Below, in pieces: positions 39,438 through 48,713 of a DNA stretch of 55,661 bases (the first letter of the stretch is position 1; each line of letters begins with the position of its first letter). This DNA comes from a virus. Its lineage: Duplodnaviria; Caudoviricetes. Where the stretch lies: positions 1-55,661 of IMG/VR virus record IMGVR_UViG_3300025122_000018. One strand, written 5' to 3'. The position numbers and the translations under genes are program-made. The notes beneath the pieces are model-generated. The model was not told the DNA's origin, ran no database searches, and saw nothing but the letters and a program-made list of their open reading frames with translations.

Positions 39438-40448
39438 CTATTCTCCTATTTTAAGTTTCATTTTAGTGGTGCGTTGGAACCAGCCGCTTTGTACCGGCTC
39501 TTCATATGCAGTAGGCCAACAAGTTCTCCAATGTGAGCACCAGTCACAAGGGAAACCAAGCTGTCCTTTCGTCTTGGGTTTGGTTGAAGGTTCTTGTATT
39601 CTCGGAAAGTCCTCTGGGTGTTCCGAGTTGATCACATCCCTCAACCGATCTATTATATCTTCTTTCATATCGTCGTCGCCCGGAATATACCGGCCAACTA
39701 TAGGCCACAATTTGTAGTGTGACCCGTCTTCTCTGATCACACAGTCCTTTGCGGTGACAGCCTTACCAAACGCAATCATATATGTCCAGCTAACATCTGG
39801 CCCTCTCTGCTCTAGGGCCAACTGATATGCCTGTGCCTGATAGTTATACTGATCTTCTTTGTCTAGTCCCTTTGTCCTGAACTTCTTGAAGCCGTAGTCG
39901 CTCATGGACTTTACTTCAAGGACCACATTAACCATCTCATATTCATTAGTATCTTTTCTGTATGCCGGAACCCGCAGGATACCATCTGGGTGCCCTGCTA
40001 CCTTGGCTGTTTGTTGAGGGCCAAGGGGTATCTCCAAAGATACTGTCTTTTGGTTGAGTCCTGTGTAGTATGCTTCAATCCCAGTATCAGGGATAGCCTC
40101 TCTTAAGGCAGTGACAATTATCATTTCAAGGATATCCCCCATAGCAAATACTAATGGGGCGCTTGCGTCACCAACAAAGCCGTCAGGCTTGTAGTGGTGG
40201 TAGTCATAGGCCAATGCTCTCTTGCACTTACCTGCTGAGCTTAGCCTTAGCGCACCTGTTGATGGTGCTTCGCCTTCCTCTAGTTGCCTAACGAGCATCT
40301 TCCCAAGCTCTGATGTGTCTATACTAGACGACAGACCCCTTCGATATTCAAGCCTATCTCTTATAAGCCCTGCTATATCTGGCAACTGTAGCGTATCGTT
40401 AACATCTATCCATCGCATACTATCTGTTATCTTCTGCATATTATTCAT
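39438..40448 (-). CDS. Cas4-like / PD-(D/E)xK exonuclease
   Basis: LRLSSAGKC, GHPDG, LEVKS, QAQAY and C-terminal CDWCSHWRTC (1+3 Cys Fe-S pattern). Confidence 0.85.
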   Translation of the reverse strand: MNNMQKITDSMRWIDVNDTLQLPDIAGLIRDRLEYRRGLSSSIDTSELGKMLVRQLEEGEAPSTGALRLSSAGKCKRALAYDYHHYKPDGFVGDASAPLVFAMGDILEMIIVTALREAIPDTGIEAYYTGLNQKTVSLEIPLGPQQTAKVAGHPDGILRVPAYRKDTNEYEMVNVVLEVKSMSDYGFKKFRTKGLDKEDQYNYQAQAYQLALEQRGPDVSWTYMIAFGKAVTAKDCVIREDGSHYKLWPIVGRYIPGDDDMKEDIIDRLRDVINSEHPEDFPRIQEPSTKPKTKGQLGFPCDWCSHWRTCWPTAYEEPVQSGWFQRTTKMKLKIGE

Positions 40449-40758
40449 CCTCTCTTAGTGGTACTTCGTCGTCTAAGAAATAAACCTTATCCGCTAGTAC
40501 TATGACTTTGTTTCGTTCTGATCCTACTCTCCCTTCTATTGATACCAACTCTCCGCGAGACCGAATCATCCTTGCAGCATTAGCGCCATAAGCATAGCCA
40601 CGGATATAGGTATCGAACCTCCTCTTACTTAGGCTTGGGTTTAGTAATGTGAAGTGGCACTTCTTACCGCTGGCCGCAGATGGGCCAAGGTCTTCCACCC
40701 TTTCTATTGTTCCAGACACCGATATGATGTTTGGATATTGACTACCGAACGCCATCAC
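40441..40758 (-). CDS. Second OB-fold ssDNA-binding-like protein without acidic tail
   Basis: NIISVSGTI...GELVSIEGRV...VLADKVYFL pattern of SSB/PriB OB folds. Confidence 0.55.
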   Translation of the reverse strand: MMAFGSQYPNIISVSGTIERVEDLGPSAASGKKCHFTLLNPSLSKRRFDTYIRGYAYGANAARMIRSRGELVSIEGRVGSERNKVIVLADKVYFLDDEVPLREDE

Positions 40759-40991
40759 TCACCTCCGTACAGCACCACTAGGGCGCTGAGTGCGTTCATC
40801 TGTTCCTTTAGCTCCTTCAACCCGAAGGCTTCAGGTGTTGTGTCAGCATCAGACCTAAATGCGCCGTCATCTGCCTTGTAGTCTTCCTCAAACCTCTTTA
40901 TAAGCAGCATCTTCACAGCAGAGTGCTCCATGCCGTTTACTATATGAGTAGCTAGTAGCCCCCTGTTCTCTTTATTATTAACCATCCTCAT
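40755..40991 (-). CDS. Hypothetical protein
   Basis: 78 aa, coupled to neighbours. Confidence 0.6.
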   Translation of the reverse strand: MRMVNNKENRGLLATHIVNGMEHSAVKMLLIKRFEEDYKADDGAFRSDADTTPEAFGLKELKEQMNALSALVVLYGGE

Positions 40992-41182
40992 TCTTCACCT
41001 CCTATCAACGAGTCATGTACAAGGCCCATGTTCATGTTCAATATTCTTGTCTCGCTCCAACCCTGCTTACGCGCTGCCCTGATAATTACCTTCGACCACG
41101 CTTCAGCCGTAGCAAAATTACTACATCTCTTGATTCTTCCTGCGGCAACTAGCCACCATGCACCATCATAATTAAACATCAC
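40988..41182 (-). CDS. Hypothetical protein
   Basis: 64 aa, GGAGG RBS, coupled. Confidence 0.55.
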   Translation of the reverse strand: MMFNYDGAWWLVAAGRIKRCSNFATAEAWSKVIIRAARKQGWSETRILNMNMGLVHDSLIGGEE

Positions 41183-41493
41183 TCACCTCCACATTTTTTA
41201 CAGGGTTCTTTCTCTCCGCATAGCTCACACATTCCGATTGGTTCCAGTAGTTGACCATAGCTGTTGGCCTTTTTGTCTCCCTTCTCTGTGCGCTTATACA
41301 AGACAAGCTTCCGTATTTGGGGGTCAACATCCATTGCCGTCCAGTAGTATATTTCTGAGAGATAGCCCCTTGCAACAAGCCTATCTATTACACGGCGAGG
41401 ACTATCAACACCTGATATTAAGGCTAAGCCCTTCTTATCGTAGGTTCCAGTGCTCATCTTCTTCAGCAATTTGATTTGTAATTCACCCATCAT
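41179..41493 (-). CDS. Winged-helix-like protein with C-terminal Cys cluster
   Basis: GLALISGVDSPRRVIDRLVARGYL..YKRTEKG wHTH pattern; CELC...CKKC. Confidence 0.55.
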   Translation of the reverse strand: MMGELQIKLLKKMSTGTYDKKGLALISGVDSPRRVIDRLVARGYLSEIYYWTAMDVDPQIRKLVLYKRTEKGDKKANSYGQLLEPIGMCELCGEKEPCKKCGGE

Positions 41494-41507
41494 TCACCTC
41501 TTCTTTG

Positions 41508-42317
41508 TTAGTTTCCTGCTAAGTATTCCATATAGCTATTGCGCTTATCTATAACTTCTCCGTTTTCGTACCACTTCAGTATCCTATGGCTTGCTATCTT
41601 TAGCTGCATGTCTGATGCAACCCTTGAGCTTAGCAACCCCTTACCCATGAAGCCGGTGTCCACCTTGAATGGAGCAGACGCAGCCTCAAACAAGAACGCC
41701 AGATCATTCTTGGGTATGCCTACAGCATTCGCTACTGCTACAAACCTTTGTGTCCTTCGTTTCTTAGGGTCTTGTATGTGTCTAGTCATATCATCTGGGC
41801 TTAGTAGGTGAGCTTGTATCTCCCTGATTGACGGGGCAATAGCCCACCCTCTAGTGCCCTTGGCATTGATGTACACCCGGCGACACTCAGGAACATTGGT
41901 AGGCTTGTCCTTCTGTACCTTTACCCATGTTGTAGGCAGGTCATACAGGTGTCTAGCCATACCCCACTGAACACAGGCTCTCTTAATGGCATCAGATATA
42001 CCACCCTTCTGTGCCTCTATGGCTGTATCTCCAGCGCCATCCCACTTCCAGACCCACTCGCCCATGATGTTAATGCCAACACCAGCAAGGTTCTTATTGC
42101 CATTGACAAGTAGGTTAGTCTGCCAGTTGTGTGGTCCAACTATAGTATCAAGTCTATTGAACTCAGCACGGGCATCGACATAGCAGAGTATCATTGCGCT
42201 GCCATTCTTACTCATCTGTTGTACTCTCCACTGAACCTCTTCATCTACGAAGGGTCTTCGCAAAGACTCTAGAACTTTGTTAATGTTCTTATCTGTTATT
42301 GTTTTTGGGTACTTCAT
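41508..42317 (-). CDS. Rad52/22-family (Sak-like) ssDNA annealing protein
   Basis: LRRPF..VQWR, YVDAR..RLD..VGPHNW, KGGISDAIKRACVQWGMARHLY. Confidence 0.88.
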   Translation of the reverse strand: MKYPKTITDKNINKVLESLRRPFVDEEVQWRVQQMSKNGSAMILCYVDARAEFNRLDTIVGPHNWQTNLLVNGNKNLAGVGINIMGEWVWKWDGAGDTAIEAQKGGISDAIKRACVQWGMARHLYDLPTTWVKVQKDKPTNVPECRRVYINAKGTRGWAIAPSIREIQAHLLSPDDMTRHIQDPKKRRTQRFVAVANAVGIPKNDLAFLFEAASAPFKVDTGFMGKGLLSSRVASDMQLKIASHRILKWYENGEVIDKRNSYMEYLAGN

Positions 42318-42361
42318 TTGTTTCCTCTTGTTGGTTGGTTGTGAAAAAGAATTTTAGAAAG

Positions 42362-42784
42362 ATGACTGGCAAATTCCGTGAAGGTAATCGCTCAGAAAGA
42401 TATCTAGCCGAAGCCAGACCTACGCATGGCAACAGAGGATTCATACTGCTTAGACTCTGGAGGCAGAGAACATCTGTGAAGATAGGGTACTCTGAGTTAC
42501 GCCATGTAACGATGTTAAAGAAAGGGATTAAAGCCCTCAGTATTATTGAAGAGCAACTGTCTGTTGACTTTGAAGAGATGTTAGATGGTGTCCTTGAGCT
42601 ATACTTCAACCAGCATATGGGTAGCTTCCCTAGTCCTAGCCGCTTCTTTGCTATGGCTGATGACTTAGCTATGTCTTGGTATGAGCAAAGGTTCCAAGCT
42701 AAGCCAAAGCTTCCAGAAGAAGATGTTGTTACGCTCTCGATTGATGAGTTGGTTAAGGTCAAGGGATACCTCACGACCATTTAG
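42362..42784 (+). CDS. Hypothetical protein, inverted within the replication operon (possible helicase loader/inhibitor)
   Basis: Natural E/K/L-rich composition; SFPSPSRF motif; convergent with dnaB. Confidence 0.5.
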   Translation: MTGKFREGNRSERYLAEARPTHGNRGFILLRLWRQRTSVKIGYSELRHVTMLKKGIKALSIIEEQLSVDFEEMLDGVLELYFNQHMGSFPSPSRFFAMADDLAMSWYEQRFQAKPKLPEEDVVTLSIDELVKVKGYLTTI

Positions 42785-44165
42785 GTGGCCATACTCCGGT
42801 CCACCATTCTGGTTTATGCTCAGTGGTATCATAGATTCTACCCCAAGCTGATTGATATACTAGGTTCATTGTCTTCCTGCTTGACTCTCTAGCTGCCAAG
42901 CACACTAGCTCTAGTGGTTGGAACATGGGTGATAGGTCATCGTCTGTGTATTTATCTCCGTTGGTTAGGGTTGGTGGTGCATAGTAGAATGGTCTGTAGA
43001 TACCAAAGGCAAGGCCAGCATCATGTAAGAACTTATCTGAGCCACGAAAGTCAGAGGTAATAGGTACTCCCATCCTTCCATCTGTCCTCCTAGAGTCAAG
43101 CTGTCTGTTGAACTGGGCGAGTGCTACTATGGCTATGCTTTCCTCCTTTGCTACCTGTCGTATCGCATCTGCTATTGAGTCTAGCCTAGATCGTTCATCA
43201 CTTGCTCTACCATACCCAGTTACCAGTTGAGCATAATCTATCCATACTGTCTCACACCCATGAACCCTACGCATCTGCCGTATCGTAGATGATACGATAT
43301 CAATATTCCTAGACGAATCATCTATGTGTATTGGTAGCCTAGATATTTCTCCTAAGCCCCAGCGGAATAAGTCTTGGTACTCCTCATTGTCACTCATTGC
43401 TTCTCTTAATGAGACACCAGAGAAGTAGCTGGCAAGCCTAAATGCTAACTGCTTCTTGCCCATCTCGATAGAGATTACACCTTGTGGTACACCCTGCAAT
43501 GCTGCCTTAGCTACTGATGCTAACATCAATGCTGTCTTGCCCATCTTACTCCGACCACCAATGTAGGTTGGTAATCCTCTAGGCCACCCCATGTAATGCC
43601 TGTCTAGTTCTGGGAATCCAGAGGGTATGAACTCACCATAGCCCTCGCCCCTTACCATCATCTCAAAGCTCTCTGAAGCAGCAGCAGCTATCTCTTCACC
43701 ACTCTCTACCGAGCCAACAGTTATGTCTGACCTACCATCTAAGATAGCTGACTCAGCATAAGCTTTGATTCTATCTACCGGATCATCACCAGTTAGTATC
43801 TTGCTTTCGATAGACTTCACTGAAGACAAGAGCCTTCTAAGCTTAGCCATATCTGATACTACCTTAGCATATCTAGGCAACCTCTCTGAAAGAACAGCCT
43901 TATCACCCAGAGACTCCAGATATTGTAGGCTACCATATCTCTCTGAACAAATGGTTGTGCCCTCTTTCTCCACCAATACATGGACACTGATAGGCTCGCC
44001 TTTAGCATACGATAACTTAATCCAGTCATATAAATTAGAGTGATTAGGTGCGCTAAAATCTAAAGATGATAATGATGATTCTATGAATTGTAAGTCTGAT
44101 CCTTCTGTTAATAGTAATGTCCCGAGAACTACTCGTTCTGCTTCTATAGGATATAGTCTATCCAT
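42771..44165 (-). CDS. dnaB: Replicative DNA helicase (DnaB family)
   Basis: AERVVLG N-domain, Walker A GGRSKMGKT, SIEM, IDYAQL, LAQFNR, DFRGS. Confidence 0.93.
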   Translation of the reverse strand: MDRLYPIEAERVVLGTLLLTEGSDLQFIESSLSSLDFSAPNHSNLYDWIKLSYAKGEPISVHVLVEKEGTTICSERYGSLQYLESLGDKAVLSERLPRYAKVVSDMAKLRRLLSSVKSIESKILTGDDPVDRIKAYAESAILDGRSDITVGSVESGEEIAAAASESFEMMVRGEGYGEFIPSGFPELDRHYMGWPRGLPTYIGGRSKMGKTALMLASVAKAALQGVPQGVISIEMGKKQLAFRLASYFSGVSLREAMSDNEEYQDLFRWGLGEISRLPIHIDDSSRNIDIVSSTIRQMRRVHGCETVWIDYAQLVTGYGRASDERSRLDSIADAIRQVAKEESIAIVALAQFNRQLDSRRTDGRMGVPITSDFRGSDKFLHDAGLAFGIYRPFYYAPPTLTNGDKYTDDDLSPMFQPLELVCLAARESSRKTMNLVYQSAWGRIYDTTEHKPEWWTGVWPPKWS

Positions 44166-44300
44166 TCTCTCTCCTTCATTGGTTTTTTATTCTCCTTACT
44201 CTAAAGTTTTAGAGTTAACATTTTAATGTATTATTATTCTAAAGCTTTGGGGAAATGCAGCAGTGGAGCAGCAACCCCCCCAGCCCCCCCTTCGGAAACT
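44166..44300. other. Candidate replication origin / divergent control region
   Basis: Inverted repeat actctaaa-gt-tttagagt (44198-44215), related ctaaagctttgg, AT-rich tract and two C-runs, beside dnaB at the strand switch. Confidence 0.35.
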
Positions 44301-44313
44301 TCCGGGGACAACC

Positions 44314-44382
44314 AACCTAACCCGTCCGGCTCGATTCACCGAAACCGAGGTTCAAAGCCAAAAATCAGCCGCGAGCTAGGGT
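44314..44382 (-). promoter_or_regulatory. Conserved phage promoter motif (copy A) facing dnaB
   Basis: On the - strand: ACCCTAG-N22-GAACCTCGGTTT...CGGGT-TAGGTT, gapless match to 47281 and 51315 copies. Confidence 0.7.
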
Positions 44383-44387
44383 GACCC

Positions 44388-45311
44388 ATGCCTAAGAAAC
44401 CCAGTAGAAGAATCATAAAAGAGAAGTTAAATGAATCTAATGCCTACGCATCTGGTAGGATTAGACCAGAAGATTATGGGACAACCATCGGGCATTGGTC
44501 TTTCTACAGGTACGGGAAAGCTAGAAACAAGAGGATAATAAACCTTGGCCCAGTCATGCTTGGCACCGAAGTGTACCTACTGGGTGCAGCAGTGGGAGAA
44601 TCAGCAGTATTCCTTGGGCTAAACGGAAAGCTATGGAGGCTCAAAGGTGATCGAACAAACCTAAAGTTTGATGTGATTGCTCCGAAGACAGTAGATCCAG
44701 ATGGCCTCAAGGTATGGGCAAGTACTATCTCACAGAAGATTGTAGATGCTCTATCCCCAAAGCTAGAGGTACGAGTAAACAGAGAAACAAACCTACGATA
44801 CAAGCACATGGTTAAGTCTCTTGCCTCTCATAGAATAGAAGAGGCCATATCGTTAGGGTATGAGAGAAGCTTCAGCTACTATGCCAAGTCAATTAACAAT
44901 GATTGGAAAGTAAATGACTTGTTATCCCCACGATTCCCAACCATGAAGCACGCTATCTATGTCGCATTAGTACTAGCAATACCAGCCAAGCAAGCAGCGC
45001 AGCTTGTAGCCGGTGCTGCAATGTCTGAGTACAAGTCTCCTTATATAACAGAAGAGATAGCACTAACCATATACCAACAGGCTGTCTCTCTACTCAGTAG
45101 GCTATGTCCTGAGTGGTGGAACAACGGGGCATTCACACGATGGGAATACATCGGTAGTATAGACAGCCTATTCACAAAGCAATATGCCAACACGATAATC
45201 AATGCAAAGAACTTGGATGTAGATCTTAGCACAGCAGCAGGTATGGTAAGGGACGAGCCGCTGGGCGCCCTGCTCCGCCGCCGTCCGGCGTGGCCGACAG
45301 GCGAGGAGTGA
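44388..45311 (+). CDS. Hypothetical protein
   Basis: 307-aa ORF, first gene of the rightward early block. Confidence 0.75.
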   Translation: MPKKPSRRIIKEKLNESNAYASGRIRPEDYGTTIGHWSFYRYGKARNKRIINLGPVMLGTEVYLLGAAVGESAVFLGLNGKLWRLKGDRTNLKFDVIAPKTVDPDGLKVWASTISQKIVDALSPKLEVRVNRETNLRYKHMVKSLASHRIEEAISLGYERSFSYYAKSINNDWKVNDLLSPRFPTMKHAIYVALVLAIPAKQAAQLVAGAAMSEYKSPYITEEIALTIYQQAVSLLSRLCPEWWNNGAFTRWEYIGSIDSLFTKQYANTIINAKNLDVDLSTAAGMVRDEPLGALLRRRPAWPTGEE

Positions 45312-45331
45312 GCCGGTTTTGATTTTTTTTC

Positions 45332-45359
45332 TTGACGGGTCACGGCAGCGGGTTATGCT
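45332..45359 (+). promoter_or_regulatory. Sigma70-like promoter
   Basis: TTGACG-N16-TATGCT with an upstream T-tract; shares CGGCAGCGGGTTA with the 47281 promoter. Confidence 0.65.
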
Positions 45360-45405
45360 TCGGGGGTTGCGAATCGACGACAACGAACCGCCATTAGGAG
45401 GCACA

Positions 45406-45669
45406 ATGAAAGACAGAGAAGGGAACTACTTAAGCCCAAAGAAGAGTCACACGCAGAGGATGAGAGCTATGGACTTCGTTCACTTATGGGAATCATCTGA
45501 ATCATTAGATGAGTTCATAAGATATTCTGGGATGAAGAAATCTACAGCTATATCAAGGGCATCTTTATACAGGAAGAGAGGCATTAACTTAAAAAGACAG
45601 ACAGGTAAGGGAAACAGAAGAACACTAGACATCGAACTACTAAACTCAATGACCAAAGGAAATCAATAA
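45406..45669 (+). CDS. Small basic HTH-like protein
   Basis: AGGAGG RBS; SLDEFIRYSGMKKSTAISRASLYRKRG. Confidence 0.6.
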   Translation: MKDREGNYLSPKKSHTQRMRAMDFVHLWESSESLDEFIRYSGMKKSTAISRASLYRKRGINLKRQTGKGNRRTLDIELLNSMTKGNQ

Positions 45670-46055
45670 TGAACAAGATCTACGAACAGATATCAATGAC
45701 AGAACCAGAGCTATACCTTATAGCCAAATCTATAATAGAACATTGCGTTGGCAATGATGATGTAAGGACAACCTTCGCCGCCTCTCTAGTCGAGAGACTT
45801 AGCTTCAACCTCAGTAACGACTCGCTTCAACTACTAAGTGATAGGCTTCTCGACATAGAAGCAGCAGATATACTAGCAAAGAAAGCTGCTGATTATTTTA
45901 ATGTAACCAAAGGGGGATACCCCGATCCAACAAACCATCCAGACGGATGGCCAATGGGATATGGTATGAACAAGAGCATTTGGATAGAGCTTATGGATAG
46001 CCTGAAGTATAAGGTTGTAGCTAATAAAAGAGCAGAGGAGTCCAACCATGAGTAG
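45669..46055 (+). CDS. Hypothetical protein
   Basis: 128 aa, TAATG coupling. Confidence 0.7.
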   Translation: MNKIYEQISMTEPELYLIAKSIIEHCVGNDDVRTTFAASLVERLSFNLSNDSLQLLSDRLLDIEAADILAKKAADYFNVTKGGYPDPTNHPDGWPMGYGMNKSIWIELMDSLKYKVVANKRAEESNHE

Positions 46056-46806
46056 ATTTATAGACGCAAGGGCCACGCTGCCTCGCCACCCAACTAAGAA
46101 GTTCACAAGACGACCAGTAGAATCTATCTTAGGTGGAGTCATACATCATACAGCAGGTGGAGATGATATAGAGAACACAGCAATGTATCATGTCGGACCC
46201 AATCATGTATCAGCAACAGGCTGTCCTGCTCTGCTCTATACATTCTATATTACTGGACAAGGAGTAATCTATTGGGCAAATGATTTAGAAGATGTCACTT
46301 GGTCACAAGGTGGGCACGGCTCACCAATACCGGGAACGAATCCTAACGCAAACTTCCTAGCGATATGTTGTGCCGGAGATTTCTCGAATACAATCGGGCC
46401 ACAGTTTGCCCAGATATATTCTTTCATCACATTATGGGGGCACCTAGCTGGAACGAGGAAGCTATCTAGATACCCAGACAGCCTATACAATGTGCTCAAC
46501 TGTTCTGTTGAATCCCTATGGGGTCATCACAACTTCGGTAAGCCAGCGTGCCCCGGACAATTTCTGTCCGGCTTGGCAGACACAGTAAGATCTCATATGA
46601 GTATTTGGTGGGGGCTTGAGACAGATGCAGATTGGCAGGATGCACTCAACGGATGGGGTGCCTTCCTCGTTGTCGATGGTATCTGGGGTAGGCTAAGCAA
46701 GGCAGCATTAGTAGAGTTCCAAAGAGATCACGACCTTGTAGCTGATGGTATTCGTGGCCCACTAACGGAGGCGCAATTAATATCTTACTGGAATCCTGAT
46801 GCCTAA
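46048..46806 (+). CDS. N-acetylmuramoyl-L-alanine amidase endolysin with C-terminal peptidoglycan-binding domain
   Basis: VIHHTAG, WGHHNF..ACPG Zn ligands; VDGIWG..AALVEFQ...ADGIRGPLT PG-binding repeat. Confidence 0.9.
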   Translation: MSRFIDARATLPRHPTKKFTRRPVESILGGVIHHTAGGDDIENTAMYHVGPNHVSATGCPALLYTFYITGQGVIYWANDLEDVTWSQGGHGSPIPGTNPNANFLAICCAGDFSNTIGPQFAQIYSFITLWGHLAGTRKLSRYPDSLYNVLNCSVESLWGHHNFGKPACPGQFLSGLADTVRSHMSIWWGLETDADWQDALNGWGAFLVVDGIWGRLSKAALVEFQRDHDLVADGIRGPLTEAQLISYWNPDA

Positions 46807-47065
46807 CTTTGTTACGAGCTTTAGGAACAGCAACGGTGCCAACCCTATATTTGAAAGAATGAATGGTTGGTATTTGCCAGCCCGTAACAAGATCATATGC
46901 GTTGGCCATGTACCCAACAAGACTAAACCATGCCTCTACCTCCTCAACAATACCACTAAGGAGATGGAGATACTTGCAACATTCAAAAGCAGAGAGGCAG
47001 CGACAGCAACAAGGATGATACTAAAAGAATTAGGAGAAGGGTTAGCTGAAGGTAAACTAAAATAG
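46799..47065 (+). CDS. Hypothetical protein
   Basis: 88-aa coupled ORF. Confidence 0.6.
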   Translation: MPNFVTSFRNSNGANPIFERMNGWYLPARNKIICVGHVPNKTKPCLYLLNNTTKEMEILATFKSREAATATRMILKELGEGLAEGKLK

Positions 47066-47194
47066 CCAGCCCGTAAATCATATGCCGATATACGAATACA
47101 GATGTAAGGAGTGTAGCCATAGGTTTGAAAAGCTTATGAAGTATAAAGACCCTATACCTAAGTGCCCAAAATGTGAGGCGAGCCAGCCCGTAAA
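46876..47194 (+). repeat. Three copies of GCCAGCCCGTAA
   Basis: At 46876, 47065 and 47182, in different reading contexts. Confidence 0.8.
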
Positions 47195-47279
47195 GCTTAT
47201 CAGCGTTGGCTCTTTTGTTTTGAAGGGTAGTGGCTGGTATAAAGATGGCTATGGGCTGGGGGGCGACGGCAAAAAGTAG
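47082..47279 (+). CDS. FmdB-family zinc-ribbon protein
   Basis: MPIYEYRCKECSHRFE...CPKC...F.LKGSGWYKDGY. Confidence 0.9.
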   Translation: MPIYEYRCKECSHRFEKLMKYKDPIPKCPKCEASQPVKLISVGSFVLKGSGWYKDGYGLGGDGKK

Positions 47280-47280
47280 C

Positions 47281-47342
47281 GGTCGAACCTCGGTTTTCGT
47301 GAAAAATCGGCAGCGGGTTAGATTCGCTGGTCGCCAGAGGTG
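47281..47342 (+). promoter_or_regulatory. Conserved phage promoter motif (copy B)
   Basis: GAACCTCGGTTTTCGTG-N17-TAGATT...GTCGCCAGAGGTG. Confidence 0.72.
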
Positions 47343-47380
47343 CGGCACTGATAGACAACAATAACAACAAGGAAGGAAAG

Positions 47381-48598
47381 ATGATAGAAGCATTAAAGGA
47401 AAGAGTATTGGTAGATTACAGGGCAACACATAAAGGTGCCTACCTATCAACGCTTAAAGTTAGAAGCCGTAAGCTAACAAATCCACTAAGCCTAGAGGAG
47501 CTTGCTCATGCTGTTTCTGCGGTAGAAAAGCATGAAGACCATGAGGATATTGAGAGAGAACTAAAGTTAGTTCAAGTAAAGTTCATTGGTAGAAAAGCTA
47601 TGGGTGTTATCCATGATAGACATGGCAGAACTACAGAGATGCCCTTCACTGAGTCAGCACTACGACAGTATGTTGGTTTCGTTGATAACATTCGCTATGG
47701 TAATATGAGTAAGTGGTGTGAACAGAAAAGCGGAAGAGATATAACATCGGCATTGCTAACAGAACAAGCACTCAAGCAGGTGAATAGACCAGTCCTTGTT
47801 AGGACAAGCCTAAGGGCAGGTGCTGGTAGATGTATTAGAAGTGTTCATGGATCTGGATCAGCGTCATCTTACACCCCATATGGAAACGCAAGACTATTAA
47901 AAGATCTTCTCTCAAGTATAGGAGAGCTTAAGAATTGTATTGTTGCGTCTATGAAAATAACAGACAACTACTTTAGGTGTAGACTATTCGCACCGCAGAA
48001 GGTAGCGCATACTGGGGAGTATATCTATCATAAGCCCATTGATATGGAGCTAAGGATACCAGTACCAGTGATTGATATTAACAACTCAGCTACTGGACAC
48101 TCAGCATTAGAGATTCTACTAGCATTCCTAACGCTGATTTGTACTAATGGTTTAGCGATACCAGATATCCAAACCAAATGGACTAGGCAGCATCGTGGTA
48201 ACACATCTAGACTAAGACATGGTATGCTCGGTGCCTTTGAGTCTGCGTTAGCACAAACATATGGTGTTGCTAATGATATAAGGGCAGCCCACGATATACA
48301 GGTTGCTAACCTATCACAAGTAACAACCCGTCTGCTTAATGAAGCAGCGAAGAGGTATGATGTTGTTAATGATAACTTCATCGGGAAGGTTATTGGCACA
48401 GGTCTTAACGATCCAACCACTCCACAAGACAACAGCATAGCACAGATCGTACAAGCTACCTCTCTCATTGCTCAGACTATGAGGGATGTAAAGAGGGAAC
48501 GAATGGTAGAAGAGATGAGCCATTGGATTCTTAAGAGAGGGCTTGAGTTAGGTGATGAGCACGGTGGTCGTATACCTGTAGTTGTAGGAGAGGCATAG
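47381..48598 (+). CDS. DUF932-like protein
   Basis: YTPYGN, INNSATG..A, LICTNG, QHRG motifs. Confidence 0.65.
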   Translation: MIEALKERVLVDYRATHKGAYLSTLKVRSRKLTNPLSLEELAHAVSAVEKHEDHEDIERELKLVQVKFIGRKAMGVIHDRHGRTTEMPFTESALRQYVGFVDNIRYGNMSKWCEQKSGRDITSALLTEQALKQVNRPVLVRTSLRAGAGRCIRSVHGSGSASSYTPYGNARLLKDLLSSIGELKNCIVASMKITDNYFRCRLFAPQKVAHTGEYIYHKPIDMELRIPVPVIDINNSATGHSALEILLAFLTLICTNGLAIPDIQTKWTRQHRGNTSRLRHGMLGAFESALAQTYGVANDIRAAHDIQVANLSQVTTRLLNEAAKRYDVVNDNFIGKVIGTGLNDPTTPQDNSIAQIVQATSLIAQTMRDVKRERMVEEMSHWILKRGLELGDEHGGRIPVVVGEA

Positions 48599-48599
48599 G

Positions 48600-48713
48600 A
48601 TGAAATACAAAAGCAATATAGTAGACGACTTCATTGCCATACTGCTTGTATCTAGCATGGTAGTATGCACTGGCTACTTGTTACTTCAATTTATATGGGG
48701 GTTGTTCCAATGA
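48600..48713 (+). CDS. Tiny membrane peptide (37 aa)
   Basis: GAGG RBS; single hydrophobic segment; ATGA coupling to next ORF. Confidence 0.45.
   Translation: MKYKSNIVDDFIAILLVSSMVVCTGYLLLQFIWGLFQ

Noticed and set aside
39438-40448. CRISPR-Cas system suggested by the Cas4-like nuclease
   Set aside because: No array or other cas genes; context (Sak, SSB) indicates a recombination exonuclease
46876-47194. CRISPR mini-array or iteron array
   Set aside because: Repeat is only 12-14 nt with irregular spacing (189 and 117 nt) and lies within genes
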